Source: an uncultured euryarchaeote
GTDB taxonomy: Archaea; Thermoplasmatota; Poseidoniia; Poseidoniales; Poseidoniaceae
Assembly: GCA_937897005.1 (NCBI GenBank)
Contig: CALCOQ010000255.1
Span: forward strand, 1 to 37,888
DNA length: 37,888 nucleotides
Direction of reading: 5' to 3'
In this document: positions 1 through 8,186 of the stretch, in pieces
How positions within the stretch are numbered: the stretch's first letter is position 1
Layout: each line of letters opens with the position of its first letter
The notes under the pieces: model-generated
The model's database searches: none
The model's input: the letters and a program-made list of their open reading frames with translations, nothing else
What the model was told of the DNA's origin: nothing
Translations under genes and position numbers: made by a program

Positions 1-1
1 A

Positions 2-1378
2 CCCTCGTCGGCTGAAAATGGAACAACCGTGTTCTTCAGCGGCACCGCCTCAGACAGCGACGGTAGCATCGTGGCCTACCGGTGGGAATCATCGATTGAC
101 GGGGAACTGAGTACGGAGGAGGATTTCAGCCTCACCGGCAACCTCTCGCTTGGGCATCACGCCATCACGTTCCTAGTGCAGGACAACGACGGGGCGTGGA
201 GCAGCCCTCAGGGAAGCGGTGAAAACGGTTCTGTTCCGGGAATTTCACTCTGGGTCTACGCAGTGCCGATATCGATTGCCGGGGATAATGTCTCAACGAC
301 CACCGAAGTGCCAATCCAGTTCAACGGGCAGGGAATCGATGAGGACGGTAGCATCGCAAAGTACGAGTGGGATTTCGATGGCAACGGGGTTTACGACTGG
401 TCATCGACCGAGAACGGACTGACCACTTACATCTACAACAATGAAGGAACCTACACAGCAGTACTGAAGGTCACCGATGATGATGGCCATACAGCCACTG
501 ATTCACTCGTAATCACAGTCGCTGATGAGGTTGAGGAAGAAGGCGACGGATTCCTCTCCAACATAGCGCCGTTGGCCGCCATGGGCACCGTCGCCGTGGT
601 CGCGGTGGTCTTGATGATTCTAGCCGGTATGAGATTGTCCAAGAAGAGAGAGGATGACTCCGAAGACTTGGAAAAGGTGGCACAGAATTCTCAGAAGAGT
701 GGGCTGGGCTCCCGAATTCTGATGGGTCTCATCGGCTTCCTGATGTCACTTGTCATTGCAGCGGTCTCACTCTGGCATAGGTTCGAGATATCGAGCCTCG
801 ACTTGAGTGAAGACTCCCTCGCGCCGATTCGGGATTCGATAGGGACCCTCTCGACCCTGCTGTCATTGGTTATCGTCCTCGCGCTTGTGACTTTCATCTG
901 TTCGATTCTCACCTTCATCGGATTGGGATTCTCAAAGAAGGCACTGCTTGGCAGTAGCACGATCATGCTCGTTGTTCTGCTGGCATGCGTGTGGATGGAG
1001 TGGAGCATCGTCCAAACCTTGTTTGGAGATAATCCCGAAAACACCACTGATTGGCGAAGGAACCTCTCGACGATGCCACCGACACTCTTCGCTTACTGCA
1101 ACCTTGCAGGGTTGGCAGTCATGGCGTTGATTGCTCGGCTCAGTCGGGCAAAACCAGAGAGTACGCACGAAGAGGTCCAGCTGTCCCAAGAGGACGACTT
1201 CACTGAAGAAGTACCCATCTCCCCATCAACCGTGGAAACATTCCCCCTCGATTCTTCTGCACCACCTGCTGATGCGAGTGGTGAGTGGAGGGATGGCTAT
1301 GAATGGGTGGAACATCCTGCTGGCAGTGGAGAATGGTATTGGCGAGATGCAGGCACTGGTGAGTGGGTCAAACATTGA
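2..1378 (+). CDS. PKD-repeat surface protein with multi-pass membrane module; 5' end cut by the window edge
   Basis: The frame is open from nt 2, with no stop before the GTG at 29. PKD-like repeats are present (FFSGTASDSDGSIVAYRWESSIDG; AKYEWDFDGNGVYDW...GTYTAVLKVTDDDGHT). About 5 hydrophobic helices follow, then a Trp-rich tail GEWRDGYEWVEHPAGSGEWYWRDAGTGEWVKH. Confidence 0.8.
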   Translation, partial: PSSAENGTTVFFSGTASDSDGSIVAYRWESSIDGELSTEEDFSLTGNLSLGHHAITFLVQDNDGAWSSPQGSGENGSVPGISLWVYAVPISIAGDNVSTTTEVPIQFNGQGIDEDGSIAKYEWDFDGNGVYDWSSTENGLTTYIYNNEGTYTAVLKVTDDDGHTATDSLVITVADEVEEEGDGFLSNIAPLAAMGTVAVVAVVLMILAGMRLSKKREDDSEDLEKVAQNSQKSGLGSRILMGLIGFLMSLVIAAVSLWHRFEISSLDLSEDSLAPIRDSIGTLSTLLSLVIVLALVTFICSILTFIGLGFSKKALLGSSTIMLVVLLACVWMEWSIVQTLFGDNPENTTDWRRNLSTMPPTLFAYCNLAGLAVMALIARLSRAKPESTHEEVQLSQEDDFTEEVPISPSTVETFPLDSSAPPADASGEWRDGYEWVEHPAGSGEWYWRDAGTGEWVKH

Positions 1379-1518
1379 ATGGGGCCCCCTCTGTACTGAT
1401 GGGTAGGTACTGAAGTACTCTACAAAGGAAGACACAATTGGTTCTAGAAGTGATATGATATAATCTGTGAGTTGATGAGAGATGGTTGATTGAGTAGAAT
1501 ATCCAAGTCTTCTTTGAT

Positions 1519-2631
1519 TCATGATGGGGACGGCCATGAAGGTGTGGGCCAGCCCAGACCTTTCCTGCTCCAACAACGCACCACGTCTCCACCCCAATCA
1601 AATTCATTGACAACCTCCAGGTCATTCGCTCTCAGATCCTCATTTGAAATTCCAAGCGGGACTCCCTGTTTGAATCGATGGTCGGTACTGATCAACACTG
1701 CTCGGTCCACCAGCCCCGCTCCAAGGAAATGCTTAGCAGTGCTTGGTCCACCCTCAAGCAATACTTCTTGGAAACCCTGGTCTCCTAACATTCTCAATAC
1801 CGCTTCTGGTGAGATGAAGCCATCTTCATCCGGGGCCATTCTTTTCGACCAATCAACCTCGTTCTCCTGAGAATGAAGAACAAGTGTTTCGTGCTCATCA
1901 TTGAGTAATCTGCAATCATGTGGAATGCGTAGAGTTCGGTCCATCACCACTCTGAGTGGCTGTTTTTCACTCTCAATTCTACGAATCGTCAAAGCGGGAT
2001 CATCCCGCTGTACCGTCTCAACTCCAATGATGATGGCATCTACCTCTTTCCTCAGATGATGTACTGCATCAAGTGATTCGACAGAAGTGAAACGTTTGGA
2101 GTCAGCAGCAAGGTCATCCACATTTCCATCAAAATCCATCGCTACCTTGAGCGTCACCAACGGACGCAGATTCTCACACCAGTGCAAGAAGGGTTGCATC
2201 TGAAAGGCTGCTTCGTCCAGTAACAATCCCTCTCTCACAACAATTCCTTCGTTTTCCAGAACATTGATTCCATTCCCACGAACTGTTGGATTAGGATCGC
2301 GATGAGCGATGACCACTTCCTTGATACCCGCCCACATCAAAGATTCCGTGCAAGGAGGTGTTCTACCGTGGTGATTGCAGGGCTCAAGGGTGACATATGC
2401 AGTACTCCCATTTGGAGAATGGCCCTTTTCCTCAGCATCGTGTATAGCCATCTGTTCAGCATGTAGCCCTCCTAGATGATCATGCCATCCTTCGGCTATG
2501 ACCTTTCCATTCTTGACCAAGACACATCCAACGAGGGGATTGGGGCGTACTTTGCCTCTACCTCGCTCTGCGACCTTGATGGCATGAGCCATGAACGACA
2601 TCTCCTCGGAAGACCACGACATGAGATTCAC
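1519..2631 (-). CDS. ribD: bifunctional riboflavin biosynthesis protein RibD (pyrimidine deaminase + reductase)
   Basis: The N-terminal half has the cytidine-deaminase zinc motifs HAEQMAI and PCNHHGRTPPC. The C-terminal half is reductase-like (TLKVAMDFDGN, IIIGVETVQRDDP, VLLEGGPS). The start may instead be the Met at 2598. Confidence 0.85.
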   Translation of the reverse strand: MNLMSWSSEEMSFMAHAIKVAERGRGKVRPNPLVGCVLVKNGKVIAEGWHDHLGGLHAEQMAIHDAEEKGHSPNGSTAYVTLEPCNHHGRTPPCTESLMWAGIKEVVIAHRDPNPTVRGNGINVLENEGIVVREGLLLDEAAFQMQPFLHWCENLRPLVTLKVAMDFDGNVDDLAADSKRFTSVESLDAVHHLRKEVDAIIIGVETVQRDDPALTIRRIESEKQPLRVVMDRTLRIPHDCRLLNDEHETLVLHSQENEVDWSKRMAPDEDGFISPEAVLRMLGDQGFQEVLLEGGPSTAKHFLGAGLVDRAVLISTDHRFKQGVPLGISNEDLRANDLEVVNEFDWGGDVVRCWSRKGLGWPTPSWPSPS

Positions 2632-2700
2632 CTCTCCGAGCGGCCCGCCCCTGAAGAGGACATCGACTCATTCAAGACTCGACCGCCTCCTGCACATTGT

Positions 2701-3735
2701 ATGGGTGTAATGCACTGCATCATCAATCCCGTAGGGCGTGATGGCAGTACTGGCAAACGTTGGCCGACCATCCTTTCACGGTTGGAGTCCGGGGGCTGGG
2801 ATGTAACAGCCCACATCACCGAAAGAGTCGGACACGCAACGGAAATCGCATGGAGACTACGACAGGAATTCGAAGAACTGAACGAAAAGCCACTGCTGGT
2901 TGCCGTTGGTGGTGATGGGACGGTTCACGAAGTGGCAAGTGCCCTGAGGGGAAGTGAATTCATTTTGGGAATCATTCCCACAGGTTCTGGCAACGATATG
3001 GCGATGGCGCATGGCCTACACAGAAAGAAGCTGGATCTATCGATTGAAACACTGACCCATGGTGTTGACCGAGATGTCGGTGCTTTGAGATTAGAAGGGC
3101 TGCCTGCCCCTTCTGTGAAGGGATATCCTGCTCCCGAAGCACGTGAATGCGATGGTCCAGTGGAAGAAGAGGGAAAAGTGGTAAGATGGGTATTCCTCGA
3201 ATCTGATGGTGGAGTGACCTCGATGACCAGCCGAGCGAAACTCACGCGCGGCAAGTGGATTCGTGGCAGTCTGAAATATACCTATCTCGGTTTGACCGAG
3301 GTGCTGCGATGGAAGAAGAAGATGGCTTGGGTCAAGATTGACGATGAGGAACCGATGAAGGGAGACCTTTCGGTCATGGCTTTCACCATGAGTGAGACTT
3401 TTGGTGGTGGCTATCGCGTTTGTCCAGGTGCCAACCCTACAAATCCCCATGGACACTTGATAATCGGATTCAATCTATCAAAATTGAAGATGATTCGACT
3501 GATGGGGCCACTGCGTAAAGGGACTCATATTGGAAGATTCAACATCGAATACAGAAATGCAAAGAGGCTACAGATCAAGGCGCTCGATAGCGATGGTGAA
3601 GTGAGCGATGGACCTCATTCTCCAATACTGTATATCCAAGCAGATGGAGAGCCATGCATTCAAACTCCAGCGACCTTGGAATTCCATCCCCAACAATTGA
3701 GGGTTAGAGGAGCTCAGGTCGTAGCTTGGGAATGA
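2701..3735 (+). CDS. diacylglycerol-kinase-catalytic-domain lipid kinase (YegS/BmrU-like)
   Basis: Hallmark motifs LLVAVGGDGTVHEVASAL and GIIPTGSGNDMA. I chose the ATG at 2701 (MGVMHCIINP) because the track ORF start at 2476 would overlap ribD by 156 nt. Confidence 0.75.
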   Translation: MGVMHCIINPVGRDGSTGKRWPTILSRLESGGWDVTAHITERVGHATEIAWRLRQEFEELNEKPLLVAVGGDGTVHEVASALRGSEFILGIIPTGSGNDMAMAHGLHRKKLDLSIETLTHGVDRDVGALRLEGLPAPSVKGYPAPEARECDGPVEEEGKVVRWVFLESDGGVTSMTSRAKLTRGKWIRGSLKYTYLGLTEVLRWKKKMAWVKIDDEEPMKGDLSVMAFTMSETFGGGYRVCPGANPTNPHGHLIIGFNLSKLKMIRLMGPLRKGTHIGRFNIEYRNAKRLQIKALDSDGEVSDGPHSPILYIQADGEPCIQTPATLEFHPQQLRVRGAQVVAWE

Positions 3736-5205
3736 TCAAAACGAGAAGTCAGAGAAGTCATCATCATCTGACACCGAAGGCTTTCTCCTTTTCGGCGCTT
3801 CTTGTGGTTGTTGTTGTCCACCACTTTCTTGACGTGCCTGTCGCTTTTTCTGTGGAGGCCCTCGTGAACGTGCTTGTTGCTCACTTCGCGGAGGTGTTCT
3901 TTCACGCCTTGGTGGAGAGGAACTTTCTCTGACTGGAGGAGCCGCCTGTTCTCTCCTTCCACCACCACCGCCCGGTGGAGCCCTTGCCGCAGGTTGTTGA
4001 CCACCAACGATACTGTCAACCAGACCCGAAGAGGCTTGAATATCCTCGAGTTTCTCATCCATATCAATCGCTTCATCGGTCACCAGAACTGAACCACCGC
4101 TCATCTCAACCGTACTGGAAGAAATGCTCGGGCCTGATTCGAGAATATTGTCAAGGCTGAATCCCTTGATATCCTCCTCCGCAACCTTCGAAGTCGGGCG
4201 GCTGCCACCCTTGCTGCGCTTTGACTTGGTTATCTCAAGTCCATCTTCTCGCGCATCCTTGATTTCTTTCTTGATACCTTTAGCCTTGGAAACACGCTCT
4301 TCACCAAGCAACATCGAAGCGGCAGAAGCAGCGCTCTTGCGCTGCATTGCTGTTGAGACACCAAACAGAACAAAGGCGCCACCGCCACCAATAGCCATCA
4401 ATGAGATCATGTACATCCATCGACCTATTATTGGAACATCTCCATTGACCCATTCATCCGAACTTTCACCAGACATGGAGATGATCATATCTTCACCTAA
4501 CTGAATCTTCTCAACAAGGAAGACTTCACCTCCAGGTCCCTTTGACAATCGACATTGGATATCCTCAGGCACCTTTCCTCCAATTTTCAATGCGTTTCCG
4601 AGAGAGCTGTTCTCCTCTTTGGTAAGGAAATAACCCGTCATCCTTACTGGAGTATGCCAATCGAATGCATTCAATCCAAAGAGAATATTCTCATTCGCAG
4701 GAATCAATCCTAGTGTCATGTATCCTGTGTTCTTGTCTAATTTCGGTTCACCCAATGTTCTCGGGGCCAAAGGATTGGCCTTACCACCGGTAACAGGGTC
4801 GCCGAAATCCTTGACATCAACCCTCAATGCATTAGCAGGTAATATCCCCAGAGCCATATCAAAAGACATCAATTCGATGATGGCTACAGTAGTGACACCC
4901 ATCAAAAGGTCATCATCGTCCCCGGCCTCATCCGCACTCCATGAATAGTGATGGAATTGGGACAACCATCCTTCGACGACAAAGGCCTCACTATCATTAC
5001 CGCAACCCGTCTTGGTCGCTGTCATCGAATGTAAAGTACCACCTTCCGTCAATCTAGAATCAATGGTGACCTGTGAATCGTTCACTTTCACCGTGATTTC
5101 CCCTGATTCATCGCCCCATTCTGGCATGTTGGAGCCAACACAACCAGATAACGGTGCGAACAGCATGACCAACATGACCGCAATTACCACTCGGCGGGTC
5201 CGCAT
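3736..5205 (-). CDS. hypothetical lipobox-type membrane protein with a long disordered cytosolic tail
   Basis: Signal-like N-terminus MRTRRVVIAVMLVMLFAPLSGC, with an alternative GTG start at 5253. There is one internal TM (WMYMISLMAIGGGGAFVLFGV). The ~199-aa tail is rich in Pro/Arg/Gln and ends in DDDDFSDFSF. I recognised no family. Confidence 0.6.
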   Translation of the reverse strand: MRTRRVVIAVMLVMLFAPLSGCVGSNMPEWGDESGEITVKVNDSQVTIDSRLTEGGTLHSMTATKTGCGNDSEAFVVEGWLSQFHHYSWSADEAGDDDDLLMGVTTVAIIELMSFDMALGILPANALRVDVKDFGDPVTGGKANPLAPRTLGEPKLDKNTGYMTLGLIPANENILFGLNAFDWHTPVRMTGYFLTKEENSSLGNALKIGGKVPEDIQCRLSKGPGGEVFLVEKIQLGEDMIISMSGESSDEWVNGDVPIIGRWMYMISLMAIGGGGAFVLFGVSTAMQRKSAASAASMLLGEERVSKAKGIKKEIKDAREDGLEITKSKRSKGGSRPTSKVAEEDIKGFSLDNILESGPSISSSTVEMSGGSVLVTDEAIDMDEKLEDIQASSGLVDSIVGGQQPAARAPPGGGGGRREQAAPPVRESSSPPRRERTPPRSEQQARSRGPPQKKRQARQESGGQQQPQEAPKRRKPSVSDDDDFSDFSF

Positions 5206-5314
5206 TAGTTGCCCGAGGCGCGGCCTGATTTGAAAAACAATCGTTTGCTTCACTTCTCAAAAGAGCCCTGTTAACCTGCGTATTGAAGACCGGTCAGGGG
5301 CTCGCAGTGCCATT

Positions 5315-5396
5315 GCGGAGATCGCATAGCCTGGTATTGCGCCGGATTTGAAATCCGGTGGTGTACGCCGCGGGAGTTCAAATCTCCCTCTCCGCG
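5315..5396 (+). tRNA. tRNA-Ser (anticodon UGA), class II with long variable arm, no encoded CCA
   Basis: Hand-folded cloverleaf. Acceptor stem GCGGAGA/TCTCCGC has 7 bp and the D stem has 3 bp. Anticodon stem is CCGGA/TCCGG with loop TTTGAAA (anticodon TGA). The variable arm is 13 nt, the T arm is GGGAG-TTCAAAT-CTCCC, and the discriminator is G. Confidence 0.9.
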
Positions 5397-5397
5397 C

Positions 5398-6594
5398 TCA
5401 TTCTCGCCTATTCTGAAGCGCTATGGCGGCCAAAATCATGGTGACCAGAGAGAGAAAAATCCCTGCAGCAGGGGTTGAATGGTCATCTTCATGATCTCCA
5501 TCTTCTGTCAGCAGAGTGTTGACATCGCCCACTAGATTCTCTGCAGGCCATTCATCACCGAGAAAAGCGATGCGTCTGTCTAATTCTTCATCAAGAATGA
5601 ATGTGATTGTATTGTGCCCAACGGTGTAATTGACTATCTCCACCTCTTCATGACCTGTCTCTTCCTCATGGGAATGAGAGTCTTCCGATTGATTTGAATC
5701 CGTTTCATTATCATCAGTCTCGTGACTATGAGAATGCGCCAGTGCAGAAGTTGGGTCAGGAAGTGCAGAGATATCCGAAATATTGGCTGCCCAAGCGATA
5801 TGTGTCATTTCATTCACCTCAAGAGAATCAATACCGACCGAAGATTCTTCCCAGACAGTATTGCTCATATTCCAAATATACAGCTTCCACCACCAAGAAT
5901 AGTCATCTGGAACATCGCTCCCATTGATTCCTTCAACGCTGTGCCCCCATTCCTCATGATACGAATAATTGAGTGAAACATTGCTTGTATTCAATGCCAT
6001 GGTCGTCAGATTCCATCCCGTGGAGTTCTCAGCCATCATATCAGCCATCACTCCATGCAACTCTGTGGAATTATCTGGATAAAGTATCGAAACATGATTC
6101 ATGCTGACTTCGGTATGTGATTCAATGAATGTCCTGTCAACAAGAATACCGAAATTAGACCATACCTGCTCCAAGTCTTCTCTAGTGCCGGAAAGGTGTG
6201 GCCAATCGACCATGTGAATATCTGCATATTCAGACATCCGTTCCTGAGTATCATACTCAGGGTCCAAAGTCACTGAGACGAAGTGCACATCATTCTCCAT
6301 CTTGTCGCCAAGGTCTGTCTCAACCTGCCTCAATTTTGAAGTGATCAAAGGGCAGGTGTCCGTACATCGAGTAAAAATAAAACTGACCACCACAAGGTCT
6401 CCTTCCAGACTGGAAAGAGTGAAATTCTCTCCATCTTGATCGATGAGGGTGAAATCACCAGCATTGCCATTGGCCAATGGAGTCCCGTTGTAGTGCTCAC
6501 CATGGATATCTTCGGATGGAGAACCTTCCAGACATCCAGCCATACTGGCAAACACCAACATCAAACCGATCAGAAGGCCACGAACAAGCAACAT
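5398..6594 (-). CDS. sco1: SCO1/SenC-family copper chaperone with a large sequon- and His-rich extra domain and a C-terminal TM anchor
   Basis: Thioredoxin-fold CxxxC motif (FIFTRCTDTCPL), a downstream conserved-His strand (NYTVGHNTITFILDEE), a lipobox-like signal (LMLVFASMAGC) and a C-terminal TM (IFLSLVTMILAAIAL-QNRRE). It is the last gene of the cox cluster. The start is uncertain: 6594, 6660 or 6675. Confidence 0.75.
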   Translation of the reverse strand: MLLVRGLLIGLMLVFASMAGCLEGSPSEDIHGEHYNGTPLANGNAGDFTLIDQDGENFTLSSLEGDLVVVSFIFTRCTDTCPLITSKLRQVETDLGDKMENDVHFVSVTLDPEYDTQERMSEYADIHMVDWPHLSGTREDLEQVWSNFGILVDRTFIESHTEVSMNHVSILYPDNSTELHGVMADMMAENSTGWNLTTMALNTSNVSLNYSYHEEWGHSVEGINGSDVPDDYSWWWKLYIWNMSNTVWEESSVGIDSLEVNEMTHIAWAANISDISALPDPTSALAHSHSHETDDNETDSNQSEDSHSHEEETGHEEVEIVNYTVGHNTITFILDEELDRRIAFLGDEWPAENLVGDVNTLLTEDGDHEDDHSTPAAGIFLSLVTMILAAIALQNRRE

Positions 6595-6647
6595 CTTGCC
6601 ACCTACTCCAAGGCCTTCGATATGAAAATTACCCTGATATGTTGCTC

Positions 6648-7031
6648 TTACTTGAGCCATGGAGGAAGACACCAACTTGGTAGTTCATCAACTCCCCCAG
6701 GATTGGAAAGGCCAATGCCATACAACATCAGCATCACGAAGAACAGTGGGAAGACTGCAGTCTTGGTGTAAATGAAAGGGTCGCCTTTCAAATGCATGAA
6801 AAAGCCTGCAATTCCGTAAACCTTGATCAATCCAACTCCAATGAGAATCGCCCAGGTCAACAGCTTTGCATTCTCCAATGTAGTATCAAAGACTTTTACC
6901 CAATCAATGTAAACCGCGGCTACTTCGATGACGGTCAATACCATCAGAGCGATGAAATTCCAGAAATAGATATCTTTGCCAGTCTTGTCCATTAGCCACT
7001 TTTCCAGTCCAGTTGCTGCATGTTCTCCCAT
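6648..7031 (-). CDS. coxD: small cytochrome oxidase subunit IV (prokaryotic COX4 / CoxD-like)
   Basis: A 127-aa protein with 3 TM helices and the GFFMHLKGD motif typical of prokaryotic subunit IV. It lies directly downstream of coxC. Confidence 0.6.
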   Translation of the reverse strand: MGEHAATGLEKWLMDKTGKDIYFWNFIALMVLTVIEVAAVYIDWVKVFDTTLENAKLLTWAILIGVGLIKVYGIAGFFMHLKGDPFIYTKTAVFPLFFVMLMLYGIGLSNPGGVDELPSWCLPPWLK

Positions 7032-7043
7032 TCAAACACCTCC

Positions 7044-8186
7044 TCAATACAGATAAAACGCGGGGAATATAGCAACCCAAGCCAAGTCAACGAAGTGCCA
7101 GTACAGGCCAAAGTACTCTATGCTCTGTGAGTTTTCAGGTTGCCAGCCATCATTGTGGGCCTTGAAACAGAAGAAGCAGAGGAAAATCAAACCAACGAAT
7201 ACGTGGAAACCGTGTGCCCCTGTTGAAACATAGAAGATGGAACCAGCCAGGCTGGATTTGACAGTGAAGTCTTCGCCATAGATGAGGTGCTCCCATTCAA
7301 TGAGTTTGAAAATCAGGAAAAGAGTCCCAAGAGCCAGTGTTGCCAGCAGATTGTTTCGAACTGCTCGACGTCGGTCTGGCATCCACATGCGGATCCACTT
7401 GTTCTTTGAAGGGATGAACTCCTGCGCCTTGGCTGACTTCAGGGCAAGCACAACGGTGTAGGAAGAGAGAATCAGAGCAAATGTGTTGATCGCTCCAGGT
7501 AATAAAGTCATGAAACTATGAGTCACGTATTCCGATGCGACTATGACATAATTCTCAGAACATGTGGGGAGGGCGCTTCCAGATTCAAGCATTGAATTAC
7601 ATTCTTCATTCCAGTGGGTCGACCACCCCATACGCATCCGTAGATACGAACTGAAGAATGAACCGAAGATCAACACTTCTGACATCAGGAAAACCCACAG
7701 TCCGACCTTGCGCACATCCTGACCCTTGTATGGTTGGCCAAGGGATTTCATCTCGTCCTTTCCATCATTGGGATAATCCTCTCTCCACCAGTTGAAAGCA
7801 CCGAGGAAGATGACCAACAATCCGAATCCAAGAATAGTGTACGACTCCACGAAACCATAGAGGAACAACATCGTTCCAACACCGATGATGATAGGTGAGA
7901 ATGAGCCGTGGTGGCCGTATGCATCATGGCCGTGGTCATCAGATCCATGATCATCGCCACCTCCTGCTTCGACTGAACTGTTGACCAGACCTGCTATCAC
8001 TCCCATCATTCCATAGAGTCCAATGAGAATGGTTGCTACACGACCTCCGGTCCAGATAGCATGTGAATGAGTAACTGAATACCCGATGAATGAAAGTGTA
8101 AGAACCCCACCCGCTACGCCAAGAAGCAACAGGCCAAGGCCGACACTACCCATCCATGGGCTTTCTTGATGTGAATTGGCGCTCAT
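7044..8186 (-). CDS. coxC: heme-copper (aa3-type) oxidase subunit III with an N-terminal extension
   Basis: Subunit III signatures are FGSFFSSYLRMR, GAHGFHVFVGLIF and YWHFVDLAWVAIFPAFYLY. It overlaps the coxA stop by 4 nt. Confidence 0.85.
   Translation of the reverse strand: MSANSHQESPWMGSVGLGLLLLGVAGGVLTLSFIGYSVTHSHAIWTGGRVATILIGLYGMMGVIAGLVNSSVEAGGGDDHGSDDHGHDAYGHHGSFSPIIIGVGTMLFLYGFVESYTILGFGLLVIFLGAFNWWREDYPNDGKDEMKSLGQPYKGQDVRKVGLWVFLMSEVLIFGSFFSSYLRMRMGWSTHWNEECNSMLESGSALPTCSENYVIVASEYVTHSFMTLLPGAINTFALILSSYTVVLALKSAKAQEFIPSKNKWIRMWMPDRRRAVRNNLLATLALGTLFLIFKLIEWEHLIYGEDFTVKSSLAGSIFYVSTGAHGFHVFVGLIFLCFFCFKAHNDGWQPENSQSIEYFGLYWHFVDLAWVAIFPAFYLY

Noticed and set aside
2476-2700. Extended N-termini given by the ORF track for several genes: lipid kinase 2476, PUA protein 27954, ilvE 32801, polB 32750, Lys/Ala protein 19355, ACT protein 31200
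   Set aside because: The extensions overlap neighbouring genes or run through divergent promoter regions, and they are not part of the conserved family cores. Internal ATGs give proteins of canonical length, so I used the shorter coordinates.
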